Source: Thermoproteota archaeon
Lineage (GTDB): Archaea > Korarchaeota > Korarchaeia > Korarchaeales > JAOZGB01
Reading direction: 5' to 3'
Assembly (NCBI GenBank): GCA_037917685.1
Contig: JAVCBU010000011.1
Span: 1 to 64,000, forward strand
DNA length: 64,000 nucleotides
Below the pieces are notes generated by a model. That model made no database searches. It was not told the DNA's origin and saw only the letters and a program-made list of their open reading frames with translations. The translations under genes and the position numbers were made by a program. Shown in pieces: positions 19,890-29,045 of the stretch. Position 1 is the stretch's first letter; each line of letters opens with the position of its first letter.

Positions 19890-20099
19890 ACTTACTCCTA
19901 AGGGATTCGGACCATGGTTATATTAAAATGTTAGAAAGTTTAAAATTCAAAATTAAACTGGTATGGTTTATTTCAAGTATGAACTATTCTATCGTTCTAT
20001 TTTCAGTTGTAATCTTTTGATAAAATATGTTATTTCTTAGCTCAAATATTATCTTCTATGAATATGCTAACCCCACAGTGAAAGCCCTCTCTCTGAATG

Positions 20100-20551
20100 C
20101 CTAGGATATGATTATTTTACATGGGAACTCGCTTTCATGTATTAGAAGCCAGCAAATCCCACAATACCAGCCTGGCGGTATGTTTTGGTCTGTTTTCTCA
20201 ATCATCCAACCCACTCTGGGTACTGTCCATCCTTATTATAGATTACAGCGAAGACCCCTATATACTTAAGGGGTTTGAGGGCTGCAACAGTCATGCCCAC
20301 CACGTAGAGTTTGGTTTGCCTTTCATAGTCTCGCAGGGGATAGTATGGGGTTGCCTCTGAACTATGCATGGAGGTTCTGTAACGCTCCTGTCGTAATCAG
20401 GTATGTCAGGGTTGACCTCTACAGTTTCGATGTCTATGGCAGCATAGGTGTACACTCGGATCTCTGTTTCATATTTGTATTCAGGGTTCGTGAAGAGGGA
20501 AATAGCAACTATTATTGTTGCAAATACCTTTGAGATTCCTAGTTGTTTCAT
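20100..20551 (-). pseudogene. Possible decayed exported protein
   Basis: Signal-peptide-like start (MKQLGISKVFATIIVAISLF); protein-like sequence continues in other frames (KLYVVGMTVAALKPLKYIGVFAVIYNKDGQYPEW; EKTDQNIPPGWYCG). Confidence 0.35.
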
Positions 20552-20649
20552 TCCGTTTACCTTTCATTTAGCCTGGAATATAAATTATGTACTACAACAA
20601 TGGGTCACGGGCTTATACAAACTGGCACAAACATGCCGGTTCTCCTTGG

Positions 20650-21927
20650 TTATGTGAGCATAAATGATGGGTATCTAGCTTGGTCGGAAAGTTCGGTTTC
20701 TATCTCTAAGAGCCTGTTATACTTGGATGTTCTCTCAGACCTTGCTGGGGCCCCGGTCTTTATCAGGCCGGTGTTTAACGCCACTGAAAGGTCTGCTATT
20801 GTTGTGTCCTCTGTTTCTCCCGACCTATGGCTTACTATAACCCTGTAGCCCGCCCTAAAAGCAGTACTTGCAGCTTCAAGCGCCTCTGTTAGCGTGCCAA
20901 CCTGGTTGAGCTTGAAGAGTAGGGCGTTGCATGACCCGAGGCTGATTCCCTGCTGAAGTCTGTCCTTGTTTGTTACGAACAAGTCGTCACCGACTATCTG
21001 CACCTTGCCCTCCAGTTTCCTGGTGATCTGGCTGTGGTGGTAGAAGTCATCCTCCTGGAAGGGGTCCTCTATAGATTTTATAGGGTATTTCTCTACCAGG
21101 TCTAGGTAATAGTCTACGAGTTCTCCAGGCGTATATGAACGCTGGTCTACAAGGTATTTTCCATCCTTGTAGAACGTTGAGGCCGCGCAATCGAGCCCTA
21201 GTACAACTTGCCTGTCGGGCTCGTACCCTGCCTGCTCGACGGCTTTGACAAGCATTTCAAGAGCCTCCTCTGTTCTGCTCATTGGGGGCGCAAATCCCCC
21301 CTCATCTCCAACATTGACAGCTGAAATGCCATATTTATCCTTTAGAAGCTGTTTTAAAGTCTGGTAGACCTCGACACCAGCCCTTAGGGCTTCGCTGAAA
21401 GTCTCGAATCCTGTTGGGATTATCATGAACTCCTGGAATGCAAGCCTGTTCCCTGCGTGCAGTCCACCATTGATAATGTTCATCATAGGTGTTGGAAGCA
21501 AGTAGGAGTCTACTCCTCCCAGGTACTTGTAAAGAGGCAGGTCCGCCGTAGCAGCGGCCGCCTTTGCTACCGCCATAGAAACTGAGAGAATGGCATTCGC
21601 GCCCAGCCTAGACTTGTTCTCCGTACCGTCAAGCTCAACGAGGATCTTATCTACAAGCCTCTGATCCCTGGAGTCTAGACCTACTATTTTATCGGCTATA
21701 ATTTCGTTCACATTTTTGACAGCTTTCCTGACCCCCCGGCCCATAAATCTTTTATCACCGTCCCGAAGCTCCAGCGCCTCAAACTTCCCCTTTGAGGCCC
21801 CTGATGGAACCTTAAAACACGCCCTTCGTAGAGCCTCCGTCTCAACCCATGCTTCAACCGTTGGATTCCCCCTTGAATCAAGGATTTCAAGGGCCCATAC
21901 ACGTCTTATCCTAAAGAGATCTTCCAC
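20650..21927 (-). CDS. eno: Enolase
   Basis: EILDSRGNPTVE, VPSGAS.G..EALELRD, GDEGGFAP, VGDDLFVTN, VSHRSGETED, KTGAPARSER. Confidence 0.97.
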   Translation of the reverse strand: MEDLFRIRRVWALEILDSRGNPTVEAWVETEALRRACFKVPSGASKGKFEALELRDGDKRFMGRGVRKAVKNVNEIIADKIVGLDSRDQRLVDKILVELDGTENKSRLGANAILSVSMAVAKAAAATADLPLYKYLGGVDSYLLPTPMMNIINGGLHAGNRLAFQEFMIIPTGFETFSEALRAGVEVYQTLKQLLKDKYGISAVNVGDEGGFAPPMSRTEEALEMLVKAVEQAGYEPDRQVVLGLDCAASTFYKDGKYLVDQRSYTPGELVDYYLDLVEKYPIKSIEDPFQEDDFYHHSQITRKLEGKVQIVGDDLFVTNKDRLQQGISLGSCNALLFKLNQVGTLTEALEAASTAFRAGYRVIVSHRSGETEDTTIADLSVALNTGLIKTGAPARSERTSKYNRLLEIETELSDQARYPSFMLT

Positions 21928-22098
21928 ACCCTACATGGCCAGGCTAAACCTTTAAAATGTTGCACTAAAATGTGTTGTATACTTATTCTTGTGGCATGTT
22001 CCACCTTGACTGTCCGACAGCTCAATCCCGGCTTTGAAGAGGCCTAGCCGGGTGGATAACTTATAACTTTCCATGGCTGTAATAGTGAGGGTGTACTG

Positions 22099-22512
22099 AT
22101 GAGCTGGCTTGTATATGCGGTCCTGTCCGCGCTTTTCGCCGCACTTGTCGGGATTGTTGGTAAGATCGGGGTGTCAGAGGTTGACCCTGTAACTGCTACA
22201 GCAATTAGAGCAGTTATAATGGCATTTCTTTCGGTTTTATTCACTTACGGGCTGGGTAAGACAGACTTATCAAAGGTTGACAGGAACGCTTTGTTTTTCA
22301 TATCGCTTGCAGGACTCTTCGGAGCACTTTCATGGATGGCTTATTTTAAGGCTTTGTCGATAGGGGAGGCCTCACGTGTAATACCTGTGGACAGGGCTAG
22401 CGTTCTAATAGCTTTAGTCTTGGCTGTTCTCGTCCTGGGTGAGTCTCTTACATTGCAGAAGGTGATCGGCGGGGTTCTAGTCTTTATAGGTGTGTTAATA
22501 ATCTCACTCTAA
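22099..22512 (+). CDS. EamA/DMT-family small transporter
   Basis: W..YA.LSALFAAL..I.GK.G, ALSW..YFKAL..G.AS.V.PVD. Confidence 0.88.
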   Translation: MSWLVYAVLSALFAALVGIVGKIGVSEVDPVTATAIRAVIMAFLSVLFTYGLGKTDLSKVDRNALFFISLAGLFGALSWMAYFKALSIGEASRVIPVDRASVLIALVLAVLVLGESLTLQKVIGGVLVFIGVLIISL

Positions 22513-22545
22513 TAATGGGAGAGGGGAGGGCCTGGGATACGTGTT

Positions 22546-23049
22546 TTAACCCCGCCAAAGCTTTACTGAACGGTGGATTAGCACCGATACAGCTATGTTT
22601 ATGCCTCCCTGAATGGTATTGAAGATTCCTATTGCTGGCAGCATTGATATTACACTTGCCCTGGGGATCCCGTAGGCTACTGGTAAAACCATTATGCAGG
22701 CTATGCTCATAACAGCCACCCTTAGTAGTATGCAGGCCACAGGGTAGAAGGGTCTCTCCTTTGTAAGTGGATATAATGCTATGGTTGACAGTTCTGCAAG
22801 GGCTTTCATAAAGCCTGATACTATGTTCCTCATGCTTATCACCATTCCAGCAACTAGAACATTGATGATTCCCACAGATGCCCCGAAAAGCATCGTTGAG
22901 AGAAATATGGGTATACCTGTTGGGTCCAGGGTTAGTTTCACGCCTAGGATTGGGACTGGTATGTCCAAGGGGAGGATCTCAGATGCTGCTGTTAGAGCCG
23001 CGAAAACCGCGGCCTGGGACACGGTCTTACTATTAAGTTTCAGCCTCAT
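22546..23049 (-). CDS. ECF transporter S-component (RibU-like)
   Basis: AVFAAL start helix, LTLDPTGIP, IFNTIQG; about 6 TM helices in 167 aa. Confidence 0.7.
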   Translation of the reverse strand: MRLKLNSKTVSQAAVFAALTAASEILPLDIPVPILGVKLTLDPTGIPIFLSTMLFGASVGIINVLVAGMVISMRNIVSGFMKALAELSTIALYPLTKERPFYPVACILLRVAVMSIACIMVLPVAYGIPRASVISMLPAIGIFNTIQGGINIAVSVLIHRSVKLWRG

Positions 23050-23078
23050 AGGGGAAAGGTCTCACTGCTATTTTTAAA

Positions 23079-23831
23079 CTATCTAAATAGGTCCTCATCC
23101 ATGGGCCTTGCTAGCACGGTGGCCTTCTCTTCTCCACGCTCGTAATTGTATCCTCTTATTATCACAGCTGGGATCCCCTCGTCCCCCTCACCCATTAGTA
23201 GTTCAGCTGCTGAGGCAAGCTCATCGGCCACCGCGACGACGGTAACTCTCATCGTATACCCGTACAGGTCCTGTTTCCCACGGTAGTTTTTAAGGGGTTT
23301 GATGCCTGAGCATCCTATCGCCACATTTATCACTCCTCTCCGGAGAGGCCTGCCATGGGTGTCACTGATAATAACTGCGACCTCCCGCCCCGTAAGCCTG
23401 AATATTCCATCTCTTATATTCCTAGCCGACCTGTCGGGGTCTAATGGGAGTAATGTCGCGGATTTGCCTCCATTAACATTTGAAAGGTCTACTCCAGCGT
23501 TTGCGCATACAAACCCATGTATGGTTTCACATATGAGATGCTTATCGGACATCCTAACTATACTCTTGGATTCTCGAAGTATAAGCTCAACCAGTTCCGC
23601 CTTCTTCCCTGTATACTCTGCAATTTTAAGTGCGAAGGGACTTGGCTTAACCTCTGAAAGACTAACAGTCCTACCCTCCGCCTTTGATACTATCTTCTGT
23701 GAGATAACTATCACATCTCCATCCTTGATATCTATTTTGGACGCCTTCGCACATTCAACAATAAGCTTAGAAATGTCGTCCCCTTTTTTAACCCTTGGTA
23801 TTCCCTTCAAAGGTATTATTTCCATCTTCAA
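23079..23831 (-). CDS. cofE: Coenzyme F420-0:L-glutamate ligase
   Basis: QKIVSKAEGR, CANAGVD.SN, LLP.DPD.SA, ISDT.GRPLR.G, ADELASAAEL.MGE..EG.P, DLFR. Confidence 0.93.
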   Translation of the reverse strand: MKMEIIPLKGIPRVKKGDDISKLIVECAKASKIDIKDGDVIVISQKIVSKAEGRTVSLSEVKPSPFALKIAEYTGKKAELVELILRESKSIVRMSDKHLICETIHGFVCANAGVDLSNVNGGKSATLLPLDPDRSARNIRDGIFRLTGREVAVIISDTHGRPLRRGVINVAIGCSGIKPLKNYRGKQDLYGYTMRVTVVAVADELASAAELLMGEGDEGIPAVIIRGYNYERGEEKATVLARPMDEDLFR

Positions 23832-23841
23832 TCTTGAGACC

Positions 23842-24417
23842 TTACATTAGAATTGCATACCCAAGTACTAGGAGACCCATGGATATTATTGAAAGCCCCG
23901 GGATAAGGTTTACCATCAGTATTATAACTCCTGAAGACCATAAAACTGCTGCAACCGCCATTAGGATCGCCTTTGTACTACGGACAATCTTGTATCCGTA
24001 GAGGAATATTCCTGTAACAAGGGCTGCGGTAATACCCGAAAAAACGTTTGAAATGAGTATTTCATCCATAAGTCTTGTCACAAGGATTAGGATTGTCAAA
24101 ACTGCAGGTATCGTATAGTACTCCTTTTTCTCGGTTATTATCATTAGAGCCCCTAGCAGGAATAATCCTTCACAAATGCTACTGGTTACGATTTCTATGA
24201 ATCTTGCTACCTCACGGGGTATGACAGGGGTTAGCTCAACATAGGGTTTTGTTGGGTATGCAGCCAGCTGGGCAACCCCAAGAAGTAGAAGGAAGACACC
24301 CCACACTTTAAGGGTGGGATACCTCCTTCTTGTTGTTTGATATTCTATTAGAACTATTCCTGATAATATTAGACTTATAGTTGCAACTATTATTCTAAGT
24401 ACAGCTTCAGCCTCCAT
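23842..24417 (-). CDS. Hypothetical polytopic membrane protein
   Basis: About 7 hydrophobic segments; in-operon spacing. Confidence 0.6.
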   Translation of the reverse strand: MEAEAVLRIIVATISLILSGIVLIEYQTTRRRYPTLKVWGVFLLLLGVAQLAAYPTKPYVELTPVIPREVARFIEIVTSSICEGLFLLGALMIITEKKEYYTIPAVLTILILVTRLMDEILISNVFSGITAALVTGIFLYGYKIVRSTKAILMAVAAVLWSSGVIILMVNLIPGLSIISMGLLVLGYAILM

Positions 24418-24486
24418 TACTGATCAAGCCTAAAGATGAAACACTAATTTATTAAAACTATCATCAAAGATGTTGCAAGAAACCAG

Positions 24487-26166
24487 TCAAGTTTGAAGTT
24501 CAACGATTTCACCCCTTGCAACGTCTACTAGGCCTTTATCTGTTATCTTCAGCTCAGGTACTGACACAAGAGTTAGAAAGGATAATGTGGAAAACGGCTC
24601 TCTCAGAATGCATCCTGAAGATCTCGCCTCATCGAAAGCCTTTCTCAACATTTCAGCAGTCGACTCTGCGGAGTACTCAGACATCAAGCCTGCAACCCTC
24701 AGACTTACAAAGGCTCTCACCGATCCCTTTCTTGCAACGGAAAGTCCACCGTTCTCCATGGCAACTGTTGAGGCTGCGATGAACATGTCATAATCATTGG
24801 ATCCTACGACAACTATATTATGCGAGTCATGGGCAACGCTGGACGCAATTGCCCCCCTTAGTTCGCCGAATCCCTCAACAAATCCTAACCCTATGTTTCC
24901 CGTCATTCTATGCCTCTCTATAACCGCCACCTTTAACATGCATCCTGAAGCCTCAAGATACTCATCTAACGGGTGGACTTTTCTCAGTGCCATGCCCGTG
25001 TATATCGAACCATCCTGGGCGAGAATAACCCTAATATTTTCCCCTTTACGTCTGATTCTGAAGGACTCCGGTGTAAACTTAAAAGTTCTAAAAGTTTCGG
25101 CCACATGGCTCGGCGGGCTTTTAACTTGGAGCGGGACCGTCAAGCCGTCTCTAAAGACTATCTTGCCACCAAGTAGAACCGTATCAACCCTAAAATCATC
25201 CAGAGATTTGAAAAGCACAAGATCCGCATATTTCCCTGGCTCGACGGTTCCAAGTTTACTTTCAAGCTTGAAGTATCTTGCTGTGTTTAGTGTTGCGTAC
25301 CTGACAGCTTTAACAGGATCCAATCCCTGCTCCACCGCAAGCCTTAATAGATGGTCAATATGGCCAACCCTGAGGATTCTCTCAGCCGTGATATCATCGG
25401 TGCATAGGCAGATCTTATCATAGCCATCCCACGACACCCTGATGACATCCCTTAGATTCCTTGCTGCAGATCCCTCCCTGGCCATGATCCACAGACCATG
25501 TTTTGCTTTTACCAGCGCCTCTTCATAGCTTGAACTCTCATGGCATGACATTAGACCGAGCTTTGCAGATGTTTCAACCTTGGACTCTTCGATTGTCGGT
25601 ATGTGACCGTCTACAGGCATTCCTAAGTTAAGAGCAGCCTTAACAGCTGCAGTGACGTCAGGATCGCCCTTTAAAAGGTAGGTGTAGACCACCTCGCCGA
25701 GCCCGGTGAAGCCTAGCCTACCAAGGTATTTGGGAACCATTTTTGCCTCTAAGACTTCTCCCCTTGTCTCAAGTTTTCTATCCCACTTTATGACAGGTGC
25801 AAGAAAGAATACTCTAACGAGGGCAGATTTCGCTTCCTCCATCATGAACAGTAGACCGTTTAACCCGAGCACGCTACATATTTCCCTGCAGTCAGCAAAC
25901 ACGCCGGTTGTCCCATGGGTCACAATCACCCTTGAAAGCTCCGGGAGCCTCACCATACTACTCTCAGGGTGCATGTGAGCGTCTAGAAGGCCTGGTGAAA
26001 GGTAGAGACCAGAGCAGTCTATGGAGACTCCTTGCTTTGAGGGTGGATTGGGGCCTACATATACTATCTTTTCCCCACCTATTAGTACGTCTGCCTCTTT
26101 TAGCTCTCCACTAGCAACATCTATTATGGTGGCATTTTTCAGGGTCTTCCAATAGGGATCCTGCAT
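24487..26166 (-). CDS. ade: Adenine deaminase family protein
   Basis: DAHMHPESS, DGH, CHES, REGSAA, CTDD, VIERH, ASSVAHDSHN. Confidence 0.85.
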   Translation of the reverse strand: MQDPYWKTLKNATIIDVASGELKEADVLIGGEKIVYVGPNPPSKQGVSIDCSGLYLSPGLLDAHMHPESSMVRLPELSRVIVTHGTTGVFADCREICSVLGLNGLLFMMEEAKSALVRVFFLAPVIKWDRKLETRGEVLEAKMVPKYLGRLGFTGLGEVVYTYLLKGDPDVTAAVKAALNLGMPVDGHIPTIEESKVETSAKLGLMSCHESSSYEEALVKAKHGLWIMAREGSAARNLRDVIRVSWDGYDKICLCTDDITAERILRVGHIDHLLRLAVEQGLDPVKAVRYATLNTARYFKLESKLGTVEPGKYADLVLFKSLDDFRVDTVLLGGKIVFRDGLTVPLQVKSPPSHVAETFRTFKFTPESFRIRRKGENIRVILAQDGSIYTGMALRKVHPLDEYLEASGCMLKVAVIERHRMTGNIGLGFVEGFGELRGAIASSVAHDSHNIVVVGSNDYDMFIAASTVAMENGGLSVARKGSVRAFVSLRVAGLMSEYSAESTAEMLRKAFDEARSSGCILREPFSTLSFLTLVSVPELKITDKGLVDVARGEIVELQT

Positions 26167-26747
26167 TTATATATCTCCCTTTGTAACGGTGGGAGGATAG
26201 GATTTGAAAAGTCTATGTGTTCCGCGTCGATTACGATTTTTTCTCCTTCCCTTTCAAGTTCTACCTGTTCAACAAGGCCGGTTTGAATGTTTATTTTCAA
26301 ATCTTTAATCCTAGCCCTTTCACCGTTGGCGTCTGTAACTAGGGCATCTCTAAGGTAGGGGTTAAACCTGTCAGGCATGGCGTTAACACTCAAACTTTTA
26401 CCTTCAAAGGTAATCTTAACCTGTGATGGGAGAAGGTATACTCCATTTTCCCCGCTCCTGGGAGGCTCGGGTGTCTCGAGAGTCATGTCTGAAAATTTTA
26501 AGTTGTAAGCCGGGACGAAGCCCTGCCCCTCCGTGCATCCAGGCCTGGAAGCCCTAATGACCTCCATTATCAGCCCACCGAAGAGGCCGTATCCCCTCTT
26601 TCTCCCTTTAAGATCAGAGAAGTATATGAAGGCTCTACAAGTTACAGGTTTGAAAAGTAGGTTAACGGCGTAGCCTAATAGAACCCTTTTAAATAGCACC
26701 CTGGCGCCTAAAAGCTGCCTATAGAAAAAGAATGTGGGTGATTGCAT
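26139..26747 (-). CDS. Hypothetical protein with two PRC-barrel-like segments
   Basis: YRQLLGARV..LGYAVNLLF and LRDALVTDANGERARIKDL; ATG at 26747 follows the stop of a small upstream ORF. Confidence 0.5.
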   Translation of the reverse strand: MQSPTFFFYRQLLGARVLFKRVLLGYAVNLLFKPVTCRAFIYFSDLKGRKRGYGLFGGLIMEVIRASRPGCTEGQGFVPAYNLKFSDMTLETPEPPRSGENGVYLLPSQVKITFEGKSLSVNAMPDRFNPYLRDALVTDANGERARIKDLKINIQTGLVEQVELEREGEKIVIDAEHIDFSNPILPPLQREIYKCRIPIGRP

Positions 26748-26749
26748 GA

Positions 26750-26860
26750 CTATTTCTTCTCCGGCTTTTTCATGATGTACCATACAACTAAAATTAGCAG
26801 CACTAGTGCTATGACGCCTGCGATGGCCTGCGTAGCTGTAACCTGGAATGATACTTGCAT
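26750..26860 (-). CDS. 36-aa single-TM microprotein MQVSFQVTATQAIAGVIALVLLILVVWYIMKKPEKK (below the ORF-track cutoff)
   Basis: GGGGTG RBS-like motif upstream of ATG; TM helix followed by a basic tail; stop 2 nt before the next ATG. Confidence 0.6.
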   Translation of the reverse strand: MQVSFQVTATQAIAGVIALVLLILVVWYIMKKPEKK

Positions 26861-26933
26861 ATTAGCACCCCTGGAAGCTGTGAACCTATCTAATAAAAAG
26901 GTTTCGGCATTTGCTATATCGAAGCTTCTAATA

Positions 26934-27920
26934 TTATGCTGTATACCTAAAGCTTTCCCCTATCAACTTTAACATTTCGGCTGCGGGGAATCCTATAGGT
27001 GCTGATAACACTAGTTGTGTTACACCAGCCTCGAAGTATTCTCTAATTTTCCCGGTGCATTCCTCCGGACTTCCCGCTATGGCGAACTTTTCAACCATTT
27101 CATCGGTGACATGGGTTGAAGCAGCGTCCAGATCTGGGAGGGACTCCCTTATAGGCTTAATATCCTCAGTTGAAAGCCCAACTGTATCGAGAACGTACTC
27201 TGGGGTCACTGCCATGCTGTATACAAGGTATTTTCTAGCCTTCCTGAATGCCTCTTCCTTGTCTTTCATGCAGCAACAGATCACAGAGTTCGCTATGTCA
27301 AATTTATCCAGCGATCTGCCAGACATTTTTAGGCCCTTAGAGATCTCCCTTAATGCGACAGGTATGTACTCCGCGGGGACACTGCCAAGTAAGACTCCGT
27401 CAGCTATTTTCCCGGCAAGTTTCAGCATTTGGGGGCCCCGGCAGGCCAGGTATACCGGAATAGGGGAGGGGTTTAAAAATCCCATGGTGCACTTGAAGCC
27501 CTTAACATGGAATCCGTCCATAGATGCCTCTTTACCGCCTGTGAACTCTTTAAAGAATGTTATAGCCTCCCTGAGGACTCTCACAGGACTTTCCAGCCTA
27601 TAGCCCAGGGGGTTAAGAATGTTCAAGCCTCCGGTTCCTATGGCAAATACTGCTCTGCCGCCTGACAGCTCGTTAAGCGTTGCAGTAGCAATTGCATTCA
27701 TGGCTATATGCCTAGTGTAAGGGTTCACGCATCCAGGTCCAAGCCTTATCCTCCTAGTTTTCAACGCTATAGCTGTTAGAGTAACATATACGTCTCTGTA
27801 GAAGTCTTCGTCGGCAACCCATACATAGCTGAATCCAGAGTTTTCAGCAGCTATCGATATCTCTACTGCCCTGTATACTTCTATGTCTGGTATGAGTAGT
27901 ATCCCAAGCCTTCTCTCCAA
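26934..27920 (-). CDS. LLM-class (Mer-like, probably F420-dependent) oxidoreductase
   Basis: WVADE..YRD.Y, IRLGPG..NPYTRH, SGGRA..IG.G, GPQML.LAGKIADGVL, AGSPEEC. Confidence 0.88.
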   Translation of the reverse strand: MERRLGILLIPDIEVYRAVEISIAAENSGFSYVWVADEDFYRDVYVTLTAIALKTRRIRLGPGCVNPYTRHIAMNAIATATLNELSGGRAVFAIGTGGLNILNPLGYRLESPVRVLREAITFFKEFTGGKEASMDGFHVKGFKCTMGFLNPSPIPVYLACRGPQMLKLAGKIADGVLLGSVPAEYIPVALREISKGLKMSGRSLDKFDIANSVICCCMKDKEEAFRKARKYLVYSMAVTPEYVLDTVGLSTEDIKPIRESLPDLDAASTHVTDEMVEKFAIAGSPEECTGKIREYFEAGVTQLVLSAPIGFPAAEMLKLIGESFRYTA

Positions 27921-27922
27921 GC

Positions 27923-28888
27923 CTATTCCTCTGCGGCTTCCTTGTAGAGCGGTACATGGGTTACGTATCTTGTCTCAGGGTATACTCCGGCTTCAAGAAG
28001 TTTTTCCTCAGCCATCTTTAGGGATGTTGTCTCCATTAAGGCTTTGGCCGGGCTGTACTTCATAACTACTTCAGGGTCGAAGAACAGGATTACAGACGCC
28101 AACGGTGTAACCTTTATGATCCTGAATTTTAAGGCCCTATGTATACCAACATTTCCCTTTGCAGCCTCCAAGACAAGGGCATCTATCGGGTCGTAAGCCT
28201 TGCTGTAGACCCTTTCAAGAAGATCCGCGTCCTCAGGGGTTATTCCTATTGCACCCATGAATCCCCTGTCTGCAATAAGCCTCCCAACAAGCTTGTCAAC
28301 CTCCTCCAGCGCTAGTTCACCGTCAACCGCATAGCCTGTCAAGGCTAAAACCGAGTCTGCCTTAACCTGAACTGAGGAAGCCAGCATAATAAAGTCATGT
28401 AAGGGTGTTATAGCCTCACCTGTCTCGCCGTCATAGAGGGAGTCCGCTCCACAGTCCACGTTTACAAACAGGTCTATCCCGTACTCCTCGAAGAACTTGT
28501 TGAGTCCCTCCACGAGGCCCTTAACACCCTTGCTTGCCGAGAGTAAGACTACAGGCTCCCCTATGATCTCTGAAACCTTAGCCTCTGGGAGCCTTCCCTC
28601 GTAGATCCTTGTCTTAACCCTGGAATCTTTGTTCACCAGCGCAACAGTATCAGCTATCCTCTCGGCATTCTCTACACAGTCTATGCTGAATAGTTCGGGG
28701 GAAAGGGTTATCTGGCCTTTCTTCTCCCACCAGTGGCAAGCAAGATTGCCAAGATAGACTTTCTCCACGCCAAGCTTTTTAAGATATGATATTATCGGAA
28801 GCCCATTCACGAAATCTGAGGCGCCTCCCCCCGCTACAAGCACGCCCTTAGACTTTAAGGCCAGGTCGAGAAAAGATTTACCAGCCAT
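27923..28888 (-). CDS. DUF1152-like protein
   Basis: AGGGASD, VD.GADSL..GE....TPL.D...LA, GYAVDGEL. Confidence 0.7.
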   Translation of the reverse strand: MAGKSFLDLALKSKGVLVAGGGASDFVNGLPIISYLKKLGVEKVYLGNLACHWWEKKGQITLSPELFSIDCVENAERIADTVALVNKDSRVKTRIYEGRLPEAKVSEIIGEPVVLLSASKGVKGLVEGLNKFFEEYGIDLFVNVDCGADSLYDGETGEAITPLHDFIMLASSVQVKADSVLALTGYAVDGELALEEVDKLVGRLIADRGFMGAIGITPEDADLLERVYSKAYDPIDALVLEAAKGNVGIHRALKFRIIKVTPLASVILFFDPEVVMKYSPAKALMETTSLKMAEEKLLEAGVYPETRYVTHVPLYKEAAEE

Positions 28889-29045
28889 CTTTCATCAATC
28901 CTGTCCTTCGTATTCTAACCTATAAAATTAAGGGGGAAGATGTTTTGATATACATGAGTTTTACAGACAGATGAATTCAAATAATATCATGATGATAACA
29001 GAAGTTTAAGCAGGTAGGTGTCCAGTTAATTTTAAACCTTTAAAC

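Noticed and set aside
26934-27920. True mer gene implying methanogenesis or an H4MPT C1 pathway
   Set aside because: LLM paralogues are widespread and no mtd, mch, ftr or mcr genes are nearby.
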